This document shows, one piece after another, positions 9,323-18,589 of a DNA stretch of 61,815 nucleotides. Origin of the DNA: Hyphomonas sp. (GTDB lineage Bacteria; Pseudomonadota; Alphaproteobacteria; Caulobacterales; Hyphomonadaceae); the NCBI GenBank assembly GCA_046291585.1, contig JBKBRT010000001.1, positions 1 to 61,815 on the forward strand, in the 5' to 3' direction. A program made the translations under genes and the position numbers. How positions within the stretch are numbered: the first letter of the stretch is position 1; the number at the start of each line of letters is the position of its first letter. The notes below the pieces were generated by a model that worked only from the letters and a program-made list of their open reading frames with translations, was not told where the DNA came from and searched no databases.

Positions 9323-9619
9323 CTAGAACAGCGACAGTTGGGCATGGGCCTTCCAGTCGGATTTCTTGGCGGCTTCCGTTAGCCAGGCAAGAATATAAGC
9401 CCGCAGTTCTTGGACGTTTTCGACCTCTTTCAGGGGCAGGAAATGCGACTTGTAGCCCGTTTCCGATATCGGGTTCGGCGCACGGACGGGCTTGATGGTC
9501 TCAATCTCCATATGGGCGACATAGCCCAGGCCAGACCAGTCGGGGATGAAGGTGACTGACAGGGACAAGCCCTGCCAGTCGATCACTTCCTTGATGATGA
9601 TGTGTGATGCTTTGCTCAT
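9323..9619 (-). CDS. Small hypothetical protein ending in QLSLF (beta-clamp-binding motif)
   Basis: 98 aa, third gene of a compact operon; contains ISETGYKSHF; C-terminus AQLSLF. Confidence 0.75.
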   Translation of the reverse strand: MSKASHIIIKEVIDWQGLSLSVTFIPDWSGLGYVAHMEIETIKPVRAPNPISETGYKSHFLPLKEVENVQELRAYILAWLTEAAKKSDWKAHAQLSLF

Positions 9620-9627
9620 GGCTGGCC

Positions 9628-9966
9628 TCAATACTCAGAGGCCAGCATGATGGTCAGCACGCGGGTGGTGACATCTGGATTCGCAGGGTCTTCCGATCCG
9701 TAGCGAAGATCGCGGTCGTAGTAGTCGATCTTCCAGAAGACACGCTTGCCAGCGATATCGAAAGCACCGAAGTCGTGCTCGCCGTAGGGATCATTGTCCT
9801 CGGAGAAGGCCGAGAAAGTCTGAACGGCGCGGGTGGCGAGCAGCATGAAGTCGGGGCCTTGTGCCATGACGCCTGCCGTCATCATCCACTTCCCGCTGGA
9901 GATGCCAGCTTTGCGCATGGCGTCGTTGAGGTCGCGGATGCGATTTGCGGAGGAAAGAGTTGTCAT
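9628..9966 (-). CDS. DUF3768 family protein
   Basis: Characteristic DNDPYGEHDFG...FWKIDYYD...SEDPA.P.VT.RVLTIMLASEY. Confidence 0.88.
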   Translation of the reverse strand: MTTLSSANRIRDLNDAMRKAGISSGKWMMTAGVMAQGPDFMLLATRAVQTFSAFSEDNDPYGEHDFGAFDIAGKRVFWKIDYYDRDLRYGSEDPANPDVTTRVLTIMLASEY

Positions 9967-10190
9967 TGCTGCTCTCCTTCCACTTTCTCGGTAATGACGC
10001 GCAACATGACGCGGCCTTCACGTGGTATCGCATCCAACTGGATGCTGAAGCCCATGCCATCTTTGTTTGGCCATGCTGCACCAATCGGTGTCCATGTTGC
10101 CAGTTTGCCATCGCCGACGACGCGGTAGAGGCGGTGCGTGGGTTTGCGGCCTTGCGGCTGCTGCTGTTTGGGTTGAGGTTTCTTGGCCAT
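9963..10190 (-). CDS. Small hypothetical protein typical of mobile elements (WTPIGAAW family)
   Basis: 75 aa; strong RBS AAGGAG; WTPIGAAWPNKDGMGFSIQLDAIP motif; 4-bp overlap with the next gene. Confidence 0.78.
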   Translation of the reverse strand: MAKKPQPKQQQPQGRKPTHRLYRVVGDGKLATWTPIGAAWPNKDGMGFSIQLDAIPREGRVMLRVITEKVEGEQQ

Positions 10191-10196
10191 TTAAGG

Positions 10197-10246
10197 TCTC
10201 CTTGTTCTGGCCACGGACTATTCCGCGGCTTCATGGGAGCCAAGGA
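10197..10246 (-). promoter_or_regulatory. Structured leader motif, copy A
   Basis: TCCTTGGCTCCCATGAAGCCGCGGAATAGTCCGTGGCCAGAACAAGGAGA, similar to 27668-27718. Confidence 0.6.
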
Positions 10247-10554
10247 CCTCTGGCCATAGAGACGGCGATCACACCCCGCGCCCCTGCGCGCCCCAAAGGG
10301 AGCGGAGCTGCACGGAACGCATGCGGAGGAAGCGAGCTGGGTTGAACGGCGGCGGGCCTGAGGTACACAGCTCACGAAGATGGAGCACGCGAATGTCTGT
10401 CAGATTGCAAGGGAACTTTTGCCAACCAATCCAACAGGCTATTGCGCCGCATCACGCAAAACAAACCCATCATCGGATAATCCGTCAAAGGAGGAACTGG
10501 AATTCATGGTATAATGAAGATGTCAGCATAAGAGCCGAGCAGGCAGGGGTTCGA

Positions 10555-10908
10555 TTGGGGAATTGGATTGCAGCCATAGAAGGGATCATCGTTGCGGATG
10601 TCATCCGTTGGACGGAGGGCATCTATGAGAAACGCCGACGCAAGAAAGACAAACCCCGCCGCATCGGCGAGCGCCAAGTCACAGCGGAAGTTCTCGAAAC
10701 AACAAATGACGGATGGCTCAAGCTACTGGTTCGCGCATGCACGATCACCCAGGATGACTACGCAGGCAGCCGCCTCCCGATGCTGAACGCGGGGGACGAG
10801 ATCAAGCGGGCGCGTAAGACGGTTCAGCGCGGCAAAACAGAGCGCCTGCTTTGGAGTGACGAGACGGCCCGCAAGGAAGTTGATGCAACAAAACGGCATT
10901 CAAACTAG
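10555..10908 (+). CDS. Hypothetical basic protein
   Basis: 3' part of ORF 10321-10908 looks protein-like (DVIRWTE, VTAEV, RLLWSDE); TTG start after GCAGGGG, with TATAAT at ~10510; start uncertain. Confidence 0.5.
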   Translation: MGNWIAAIEGIIVADVIRWTEGIYEKRRRKKDKPRRIGERQVTAEVLETTNDGWLKLLVRACTITQDDYAGSRLPMLNAGDEIKRARKTVQRGKTERLLWSDETARKEVDATKRHSN

Positions 10909-13518
10909 CGATGGCTTGACTGCATTTTTTTGACGCTCACGGATTGAGTGAATCCAGTCTTCTAATGCTTTGACTTCATTTACGAGATCCTCGATCGAAA
11001 CTTGTTCTGGATTTAGAGCGTCCGCCGCCGAGTGAAGATCTTCGGATAGTCTCGATTGTGCACACATTACGATTTTAACATCTTCTTCCGTAAGCACACC
11101 AAGTCGGAACATGGAAGTGGGTTTTACCTTGTTGTCAAACCTCTCAAGGACTGGGCGAATATAATCGGAGATTGCCTGTTCCCAAGCGTCACGCAACTGA
11201 CCAATCGTGCCCTTGCAAAAGGTAGTGCGCCGAGTGTCGGTAAGCTTGTCGAAGTTGGGCTTTTCGGACTTGAGGGAGGACCGCAAGGCGTTGCACATCT
11301 CAAGACCAGACTTCGCTTTGTCGGGCAATTCATTCTCAATGTAGCCTGGCTTATCCTGCCGCCGTCTGACATTGCGAAAAGCGATGGGACGGTTTGCCTT
11401 ATCCGCCTCGCGGCGCAGCTCATATAGAAACACAAGATCATGAGTGAACACGACAACTTGTCGATGTTCTGCTTCTTCAACCAGCCGCGTTGCAACCGCG
11501 TTTCTGTGAACGTGGTCAAGCGACGACATTGGGTCATCAAAGACGATGCTGGAATAACGCTGCGCAGTTACTAATTCAGCAAGAAATGTGGCGAGTGCCA
11601 CGCACCTATGCTCGCCTTCGCTCAAAATCTCGCCAACTTTAGCGTCTGGTCGTTCTACCAAAGCCACGCGAAAATATGAAACTGCTTGTCGATCTTTTTC
11701 TTTGCGCAGCTCGACGGGCATTCGAGATAGCTTAAGCTTATCAATTTCCCTCGCAAATCGGCCTCGCAACGCATCTGTTACCATGCGGTCGGAAAGATCT
11801 TTGTTTTTGTCAGTGATCGGCTTTTTCGCTGTGGTTTTTAGCGCTGTCTTGATAGTGTCTATTTCCTTTAGGCGGGCGATATGGACCTTGATGTCCGCAA
11901 TCAAGGGCACAAGGGCAGCGCGATCTTTGAGTTCAACATATTCCGCTTTTAGAGCTTTGTAGGCGTCGCTTTGTGTGTCAGCCGATAACTGCGCAGCTCG
12001 CATCTTTAGGTCGGCGGCAAGAGCCGAGAGCGTTTCAATTGGATTGTCACTGAGTGGGTTAGGTTCACTTTTTCCTAGTACCATTGCTCGAAGACGCCAC
12101 AGCGCCATAACGAATGCGCGGCGAACTTTTCTAGCCAATGATGGGTCACCAATTTCGGTAACGACGAACTTGTATTGCTTCAGGATGTCAGTGCGTCGCA
12201 CTGCTTGTCTTCTCAACTCAGTGAGCGCAGCATCCAGGTTCGTACGCGCTGCAGCTTCCTCTTCCTTCGTCGAGCTTTTGACGAATGCCTCAAATGTCTG
12301 TTGGCGCGAGATTGCCTCCGCACCAAGCGACTGCTGACAAAGCACGCAAAGCGTTTCCGAGTCGCCAGAAGGAAATTGCTTTTCGGGATAAGCTACCGTA
12401 TTGGCGTAGTTTCGCGCCGCCTCCCACAATTTGAGCCAAGCCGCTTGTCCAACTTCTGGCAGGGGCGAGGCATTAAAAAGCTCTTGCGATGCGATCGATG
12501 CCGCTTTTGAAGCATTGTTGTGGTTCGTTCGCAGAGCGTCCAATTCAATGAATGCCTGAGGACTGGTAGCAGTGATGAGCCTGGCGAGTGATTCTCCTAC
12601 GCGTTCTATTTCGGCGCGATGGTTATCAAGCCTTGCGCCAGCGCGCTTTGGATCTTGTGCGAAATCAGCCTCTAGCGTCGCCAGTCGCGCAGCTTCCTGC
12701 TCACTGAGCGCAGCAAGTTTATCGAATTGTGGAATGTTGGACTTCGCATTTAGTTCGAAGAGATAGCTGCCAGCAGCTGTGTCTCTGCTTAACGACGGCG
12801 ACGAAATCAAAAGCGGCACTTGCTTTTCGAGCGCGGCAATCCTGCCTTCCAGTTCGATTTTGATGCGATCCGCAGCATCGGCCAATGACTCCATCAATCT
12901 CATTGGCCGAGGAATGTAAGCAACCTCGTTTGTGCTTTCGACATGTATGCTCGCGCTCCGCGAGTCGAATATGCTGATTGAGGGAAGATCGTCATGTGGC
13001 TTTCCATCAGGTGTCCAATCAAATTTCTCAATGTTCGGACCGCGAGCAAAGTTTATCTCAGCACTCTGTGGTGTATCAGTGGTGTCGACCAAATCTCGAT
13101 GTATTGAAAACTTTTCGTCTCGTGTTCGACAGGCATGCTTCAGTACGCGAACGTAACCCGACTTACCTGACCCATTGTCTCCATAAATCACTGTCAATCC
13201 TTGGGGTTCGAAGGATAGCTCTTGCTGGCTCGCAAGCGCATTGATAGCGATGGGGTTTTTTACAGAGACAAGTGAAATTGGCTCAGTCGTGCTGGCCTCT
13301 GCTACAATATGCGATTGTGATAGCGGAGCATGAGGGTGACTTGGGTCGAGGCATATCTCAGTCAGCTCGGATATAGCTTTTTCGTCAAGGCTTTCTCCAA
13401 CAATCAGACGGCGAAGTGCGTCTGTCTGCCATGCTGGTCGCTTTTCGGCCCAAACTACCAGGTCGGCAAGGGCGGCTTTCTCTGTTAGTGGTGCGGAATG
13501 CTTGGTCATTTGGCTCAT
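10900..13518 (-). CDS. SMC/Rad50-like ABC ATPase with zinc hook and HEPN-like C-terminus (RloC-like)
   Basis: 872 aa; Walker A GDNGSGKS, coiled coil with CVLC, signature LSEGE, Walker B IVFDDP, H-loop VFTHD; C-terminal LRDAWE...RLSEDLH. Confidence 0.8.
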   Translation of the reverse strand: MSQMTKHSAPLTEKAALADLVVWAEKRPAWQTDALRRLIVGESLDEKAISELTEICLDPSHPHAPLSQSHIVAEASTTEPISLVSVKNPIAINALASQQELSFEPQGLTVIYGDNGSGKSGYVRVLKHACRTRDEKFSIHRDLVDTTDTPQSAEINFARGPNIEKFDWTPDGKPHDDLPSISIFDSRSASIHVESTNEVAYIPRPMRLMESLADAADRIKIELEGRIAALEKQVPLLISSPSLSRDTAAGSYLFELNAKSNIPQFDKLAALSEQEAARLATLEADFAQDPKRAGARLDNHRAEIERVGESLARLITATSPQAFIELDALRTNHNNASKAASIASQELFNASPLPEVGQAAWLKLWEAARNYANTVAYPEKQFPSGDSETLCVLCQQSLGAEAISRQQTFEAFVKSSTKEEEAAARTNLDAALTELRRQAVRRTDILKQYKFVVTEIGDPSLARKVRRAFVMALWRLRAMVLGKSEPNPLSDNPIETLSALAADLKMRAAQLSADTQSDAYKALKAEYVELKDRAALVPLIADIKVHIARLKEIDTIKTALKTTAKKPITDKNKDLSDRMVTDALRGRFAREIDKLKLSRMPVELRKEKDRQAVSYFRVALVERPDAKVGEILSEGEHRCVALATFLAELVTAQRYSSIVFDDPMSSLDHVHRNAVATRLVEEAEHRQVVVFTHDLVFLYELRREADKANRPIAFRNVRRRQDKPGYIENELPDKAKSGLEMCNALRSSLKSEKPNFDKLTDTRRTTFCKGTIGQLRDAWEQAISDYIRPVLERFDNKVKPTSMFRLGVLTEEDVKIVMCAQSRLSEDLHSAADALNPEQVSIEDLVNEVKALEDWIHSIRERQKNAVKPSLV

Positions 13519-14714
13519 GCTCTGCGCTCCACCTTTATCAGGCGCGCGGTCATCGGATCATAAACGTATTTCGTGATAGTGCCGTCCTTTATGCGTTCGA
13601 CGGCTTCATCGACAACAAAAACTGGAACAAGAAACCACTCACGCGGAACGACAGGATTGCCAAAGCGATCCTTGATCTCGATGTCGAGCCTTGCGGGATC
13701 GAACACGCGATGGATGATGTTTTCCAGCTTCGTCCGATTGATGTTGAAAAGGTCGTATGTTGCTACGATCTCCACATCGGCCATCAAAAACGTTGGGTCG
13801 AGCTTGGCGTTGGCGAGGCGGCGTTTCACATCGCCACCCGTCACGCCAATTTTGTGAAGCACCTCGCGGTGCTGCGCCACGACTGGGTGGTCTGACTTGC
13901 TGCGCAAGACATAAATTGTGCCGCTGGCCGCGTCGTCATCGTCGGCTTCATCCGAAAACAGCGGGCCAGCTGAGGGCTCGGAAATGCGGCGGCTAGTTTC
14001 ATCTTTGTAAAGAGCACGCTGAAGCGAGCGGAGCAGAAGATCGCTTTCTGTAGCGTTGGAATAAATTACACGCAGGCGGGCATCTGTCTGTCCATTCGGG
14101 GCTTTAAACATTTCACCGACTTCGGCGACGTAGACGGTCTGCCCCCCTAGAACGAATAGCTCGCCTGCCTTGATGTCTGCTTTGAGAAATCCAGCGTCTT
14201 TTCTGATCTGGCGTGTGATCCGCGCGCCAGAATCCAACTCACGCTTAACGCTATCAAAAATTGGCTTGAACTTCTCAAAATCGGCGCAGGGCGTGCGGTT
14301 TGCAATATCCTCGGCTGCGCGCTTTTCAGCGGTCGTTCGCACATGCCGCAACTCTGTGATTGCTGCATCACCATCTGCGCCTTCAAGCGCGGCAGCGAGT
14401 TCATCTTCATCAATCTCATCCGACATGGCCGCCGCTGGCGCGTCGCCAAGCAAGCCCTGATGATCGAGGGGAAGTAAAATTGCTCGGCACTCCTCAAGAG
14501 TGCGCAGCCTGTCCAGGCGGACGGCATAGAGGCGCTCAAAGATGTCGCGATCTTCTCCATGTCGTGGGGCATGGCTATGCTTTTCGACGAAGCGCTGAAT
14601 TTCTTCGAAGCCCGCGATGATGCGTTCCTCCCGGGCAGAACGGCCTGACTTACGTTCGGGCTCATCAAAGTCCGCAAGCGCTTGCGCGAGTTCGTCGAGG
14701 TTGGGATCACTCAT
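13515..14714 (-). CDS. YeeC-like GIY-YIG (T5orf172) nuclease
   Basis: GTIYVLRS...HKIGVT...RR...LENIIHRVF...PREWF pattern; follows the YeeB-like helicase; start set at ATG 14714. Confidence 0.85.
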   Translation of the reverse strand: MSDPNLDELAQALADFDEPERKSGRSAREERIIAGFEEIQRFVEKHSHAPRHGEDRDIFERLYAVRLDRLRTLEECRAILLPLDHQGLLGDAPAAAMSDEIDEDELAAALEGADGDAAITELRHVRTTAEKRAAEDIANRTPCADFEKFKPIFDSVKRELDSGARITRQIRKDAGFLKADIKAGELFVLGGQTVYVAEVGEMFKAPNGQTDARLRVIYSNATESDLLLRSLQRALYKDETSRRISEPSAGPLFSDEADDDDAASGTIYVLRSKSDHPVVAQHREVLHKIGVTGGDVKRRLANAKLDPTFLMADVEIVATYDLFNINRTKLENIIHRVFDPARLDIEIKDRFGNPVVPREWFLVPVFVVDEAVERIKDGTITKYVYDPMTARLIKVERRA

Positions 14715-16755
14715 AGCGACCTTCCTTTCTGAAGCGCATAAATGCGGCGGCCCCTTCGGCCATGCGCTTTTCCCAGGCATCAGCGGAAGTCAGCGCGGGC
14801 AAACGTCCACGCTCCTTTTGGAAACGGAATGCCCGCACAGCAAGATCCTTGGCTTCCTCTGGAGAGAGGGCAGTGCGCTTCGCTGCAATCGCGGCCGCGA
14901 CCTGCTTCAAGCTTTCCTCACTCATTGTTTTTGCGAGGATTGAATAAGCTTCGCCGAACGGGTTGATCTGATCAATTAGATCGATATCGAGTTCCCGAAC
15001 GTCCATTGCGAACTTCCGTACACCGTCGATCAGCGCTCTGTTGGCCGACGGTTCGTCGTCACCAAGCGCAATCTTCTTTGCCTGCTGGGTCAGCGTAAGC
15101 GCGGCAATAGCATGTTGGCGGACAGCCTCCTGATCTTCGTCATCAAGTTCGGGGTACTTGTCTTTAATGATTTTGCCGAGGCGTACTTGCGTCAAATCCT
15201 GTGGGACCAGCTCTTCGTCGAACAAACCGCGTTCGATTGCAGTTTTGTCCTGCACGAACGCAGCGATCACCTCATTCAGGTCCTCCTTGCAAATGCGCGC
15301 AGCTTCCTTGCTTTTCGGTTCGGCAAGGCCGTTGATCTCGATCTGGAAGCGTCCGCTTTCCTCATTGAAGCCGACATTGCATTTCTTGGGATCGTAGCCA
15401 TCGTCGCCGTAGTCAAAGCCTGGGGCAGCGGTGTTGTTCGGGTTTTTAGGCTTGAACTCAAATCTTGGAGCAAGAACTTGCTCCATCAAAAGGCTGGCAG
15501 CGATGGCTTTCAGCGTATCGTTGACCGCTTCTGTCACGGCGCCCTCTGATGCATCGGGCTCGGCGATCAGGTTTGTGAAACGCGCGCGAGTCTTGCCTGG
15601 CGCATCGCGTGTCGCGCGCCCGATGATCTGTACGATTTCGGTCAGACTGGAGCGATAGCCAACAGTCAGTGCATGCTCGCACCAAATCCAGTCAAAGCCT
15701 TCTTTGGCCATGCCAAGAGCGATGATGATGTCTACATGATCGCGGTTGTTCTTTTGCGATGCGTCTTTGAGCGCAGCCGAGACCCGATCCCGCTTGGCGG
15801 GATCGTCATCAACAAGGTCGGCGATCCGCAGTTCGCGGTCGGCGGTTTTGACGAGCTGAAAACCAGTTACAGGGTCAGTGCCCTGCCACTCGCCAAGCGC
15901 CTCCAGGATGTGCTCAACTTCCCTGATCTTATCTTTCGTGCTCTCGCGCGAATTGACACTCGGTATGTGAACAATGGTCTTCTCTGATGGGTCGAGTACC
16001 TTGAGGATGTCATCGGCATATGAGCCCGAATAGAAGAAGTAGCCAATGTCGAGCAGCTTAAGGTGTTCATACCCGTTGAGCTGCTCATAGTAGGTGTACG
16101 TGACGGACTCGAACTTTGCTTCGTCTTGCGGCGCAAGCACAGGCACAGCGTCGCCACGGAAATACGAGCCCGTCATCGCCACAACGTGCACCTGGTCACG
16201 TGCCATGATATGGCCGAGGTGTTGGCCCAGCCTACTTTCGGGGTCTGCTGAAACGTGGTGGAACTCGTCTATCGCGATCAAGCGCTTATCGAACGCTTCA
16301 GCGCCCAGCCGATCCATCGCGAAGCGGAAGGTCGCGTGAGTGCAGACCAGGACTTTGTCTTCGCTCTTGAGAAAGGCCTCAACTGAATTGACCTTACCGC
16401 CATTGTCCGAGCCAGGCGCGTTGCAGAGATTCCATTTCGGCTCCACCCGCCAATCCGCCCAGAAGCCGTATTTCGTCAGAGGCTCATCATTGAAGCTGGC
16501 ACCGATGGACTTTTCAGGGACGACGATGATGGCCTGCTTGAGGTTCTGGTTGGCGAGCTTATCGAGCGCAATGAACATCAGTGCACGGCTCTTACCCGAT
16601 GCTGGCGGGGACTTGATCAGCAGATACTGCTCGCCCCGCTTTTCATACGCGCGCTCTTGCATTGGCCGCATACCGAGGAGGTTCGCCTTGGTGGACGCGC
16701 CACTACAGGAATACGAGACTGAAACGGACGGAACGTGGTTGGCTTTATCGGTCAT
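14707..16755 (-). CDS. YeeB-like superfamily 2 helicase/ATPase
   Basis: 682 aa; SPPASGKS, DEFHH, MTGS, KEGFD, QIIGRATR motifs. Confidence 0.88.
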   Translation of the reverse strand: MTDKANHVPSVSVSYSCSGASTKANLLGMRPMQERAYEKRGEQYLLIKSPPASGKSRALMFIALDKLANQNLKQAIIVVPEKSIGASFNDEPLTKYGFWADWRVEPKWNLCNAPGSDNGGKVNSVEAFLKSEDKVLVCTHATFRFAMDRLGAEAFDKRLIAIDEFHHVSADPESRLGQHLGHIMARDQVHVVAMTGSYFRGDAVPVLAPQDEAKFESVTYTYYEQLNGYEHLKLLDIGYFFYSGSYADDILKVLDPSEKTIVHIPSVNSRESTKDKIREVEHILEALGEWQGTDPVTGFQLVKTADRELRIADLVDDDPAKRDRVSAALKDASQKNNRDHVDIIIALGMAKEGFDWIWCEHALTVGYRSSLTEIVQIIGRATRDAPGKTRARFTNLIAEPDASEGAVTEAVNDTLKAIAASLLMEQVLAPRFEFKPKNPNNTAAPGFDYGDDGYDPKKCNVGFNEESGRFQIEINGLAEPKSKEAARICKEDLNEVIAAFVQDKTAIERGLFDEELVPQDLTQVRLGKIIKDKYPELDDEDQEAVRQHAIAALTLTQQAKKIALGDDEPSANRALIDGVRKFAMDVRELDIDLIDQINPFGEAYSILAKTMSEESLKQVAAAIAAKRTALSPEEAKDLAVRAFRFQKERGRLPALTSADAWEKRMAEGAAAFMRFRKEGRYE

Positions 16756-17537
16756 TTCTTACTCGTTGTTTGGTGTTGGGCAGGAGAGTCCTTCGCAGCA
16801 GCTTTTTCAAACCAGTCTGGTAGGTTGTTTATTTGTAATCCGAATACGTTCTCAGGACAGTCTTTCCAGAATTCAACGACGGCGTCCGAAAAATCCTGTA
16901 AATGCGCATCAGTCACCCTAAGGTGCGTGTGATCGCGATACTTCGCGTCACTTAACGCGGTGTCCATGCCGTCAAACGGATCGTCGAGGTAGTCGGGGAA
17001 TATCCTGCGCAATTCATCGAGCGACTTACCATCGCCATGCTTATAGACATTCACGACAAGGCGGCACGCATCGAGTAGCGCAAAGTAACTTTGCGCCTGC
17101 ACTTTCCAGCCCAGACATTCCAAAAATTCCATGACCTTCTTGAAGTCTGCGGCCCAGACGGCTGCTCCGAGATGTTCGCCTTTATGCCAATGTCGAGCTT
17201 GGCTCACGATCCAGTCGCGTAGCTGCTTGTCCCATTCGTGATAAATTCCCGCGACGACGCTTAAGCGCGTTTGCTCGCGCATATCGCTCAAGAGCTCGTA
17301 GAAATCTACGCCAGCTTGCTGAGCCGCATCGTAAAAATCGGAAGGATCATGCCGGTCTGGGTCAAAGTGGTGCTTGTGCAGTTTCAACCATTCCTCCGAA
17401 GCGCGCTCGGCTTCAACTTCAATGTCATCGAAGCGCGAAAGCAGACGCTTTCGCGCTTGCTCCACATAAAAAACGTGCCCATCGATCAGCGACTGCCTGA
17501 ATGGTCCCCACATCTGAAACAGAGCAATGTCGGTCAT
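16752..17537 (-). CDS. Hypothetical helical protein, possible HEPN-like RNase
   Basis: 261 aa; 4-bp overlaps on both sides; YHEWDKQL and RLVVNVYKHGDG segments. Confidence 0.7.
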   Translation of the reverse strand: MTDIALFQMWGPFRQSLIDGHVFYVEQARKRLLSRFDDIEVEAERASEEWLKLHKHHFDPDRHDPSDFYDAAQQAGVDFYELLSDMREQTRLSVVAGIYHEWDKQLRDWIVSQARHWHKGEHLGAAVWAADFKKVMEFLECLGWKVQAQSYFALLDACRLVVNVYKHGDGKSLDELRRIFPDYLDDPFDGMDTALSDAKYRDHTHLRVTDAHLQDFSDAVVEFWKDCPENVFGLQINNLPDWFEKAAAKDSPAQHQTTSKK

Positions 17538-18589
17538 GTGACGCCCCTTGTTTTAACGCCAAAGGCCTCTGTCAGAAAATCCACTGTCTCCTGACTGTAC
17601 AGCTTGCAGGCGGTGTTCTGGTTGGCAAAGATGCCCTGAAACGTCTTTGCATTTGTGCGGTCGAAGGTTTTCTTCCACTCGATGCCAACCGCATAGGCGC
17701 GACGGTCTGGGTCATCCGAAAACTCGGTGAGGTACGACTTGGGCAGCACCTGTGTGAGCGCGCGCCCGTCAGCCAGCAGGAATTCATCCGTTGGCTGTCG
17801 TTCGGTTGTGACGACACCATACCCAAGATAGCCGTTGTTGACTTGGTAGTAGAAGACTTCGTCGCCTACGGAGAGGCGAGAGAGGCCATCCGTGTACCAT
17901 TTACCTCCGCTCGCGGATATGAAGCCGTGCTTGCGCATATCTTCCCACGGGCGCATCTCCTCTGGTCCGCCCGTGACGTAGTAGTATCCCGTCCAAGGTC
18001 CGCGCGTCTTGCGCGTCGCCCTGTCGGTAACTTCCTCTTGCTCCAAGAGTGCATCGGTCGTGAGCCATTCCTTCCCGTCCTGCTCAAAGACGTTGAAGAA
18101 GGATGCGTTGATCCCGACGCTGTGCTGCTCGGAGAGGTATTCGATGATGCGCTTGGTAGCCTCATCGACCTCGCTCGCGACCACAATCATTTGGTGCGTG
18201 GCGTTCAAGGTTTCGGGAAGGCTCTTGCCGAATTTTTCGCGGTAGAGGTCGGCCAGCGGACGGCCTGACTTTTCCAGCGCCAACTTGTGAACGTCACTGG
18301 TCGTTAGCCTGCAAACCCAAGAGGCGTAGTCGAGCACCTGCGCAACGATGTCGCGCGGGCTGCGATCACGTTTCAGCTCAACGATGATAAGGTTGCCATC
18401 GCGATCCATGGCAAGGATGTCGATCCTCTTGCCATGGTCGGTGTCCACCTGCTGGCCGATGACCAACCCGTCCACACCGATGAGACTCAGGTCGTCAGCA
18501 ACCCAACCTTCGATCTTGGCTTCAAAGTCGAGAGGCTTGCGGCGCGTTTCGATGAGGCGATCTTGTTGAACTTGGAAGAGACGGGTCAC
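17534..18589 (-). CDS. NucS/DUF91-type PD-(D/E)xK nuclease fused to EVE/PUA-like domain
   Basis: RIDILAMD...IVELKR...QVLDY; C-terminal WEDMRKHGF...LSVGDEVFYY...YLGYGVV...IEW. Confidence 0.8.
   Translation of the reverse strand: MTRLFQVQQDRLIETRRKPLDFEAKIEGWVADDLSLIGVDGLVIGQQVDTDHGKRIDILAMDRDGNLIIVELKRDRSPRDIVAQVLDYASWVCRLTTSDVHKLALEKSGRPLADLYREKFGKSLPETLNATHQMIVVASEVDEATKRIIEYLSEQHSVGINASFFNVFEQDGKEWLTTDALLEQEEVTDRATRKTRGPWTGYYYVTGGPEEMRPWEDMRKHGFISASGGKWYTDGLSRLSVGDEVFYYQVNNGYLGYGVVTTERQPTDEFLLADGRALTQVLPKSYLTEFSDDPDRRAYAVGIEWKKTFDRTNAKTFQGIFANQNTACKLYSQETVDFLTEAFGVKTRGVT

Noticed and set aside
8833-9382. ORFs 8833-9345, 8927-9286 and 9155-9382
   Set aside because: Low-complexity Arg/Pro-rich translations over a hairpin-rich region; no RBS or motifs
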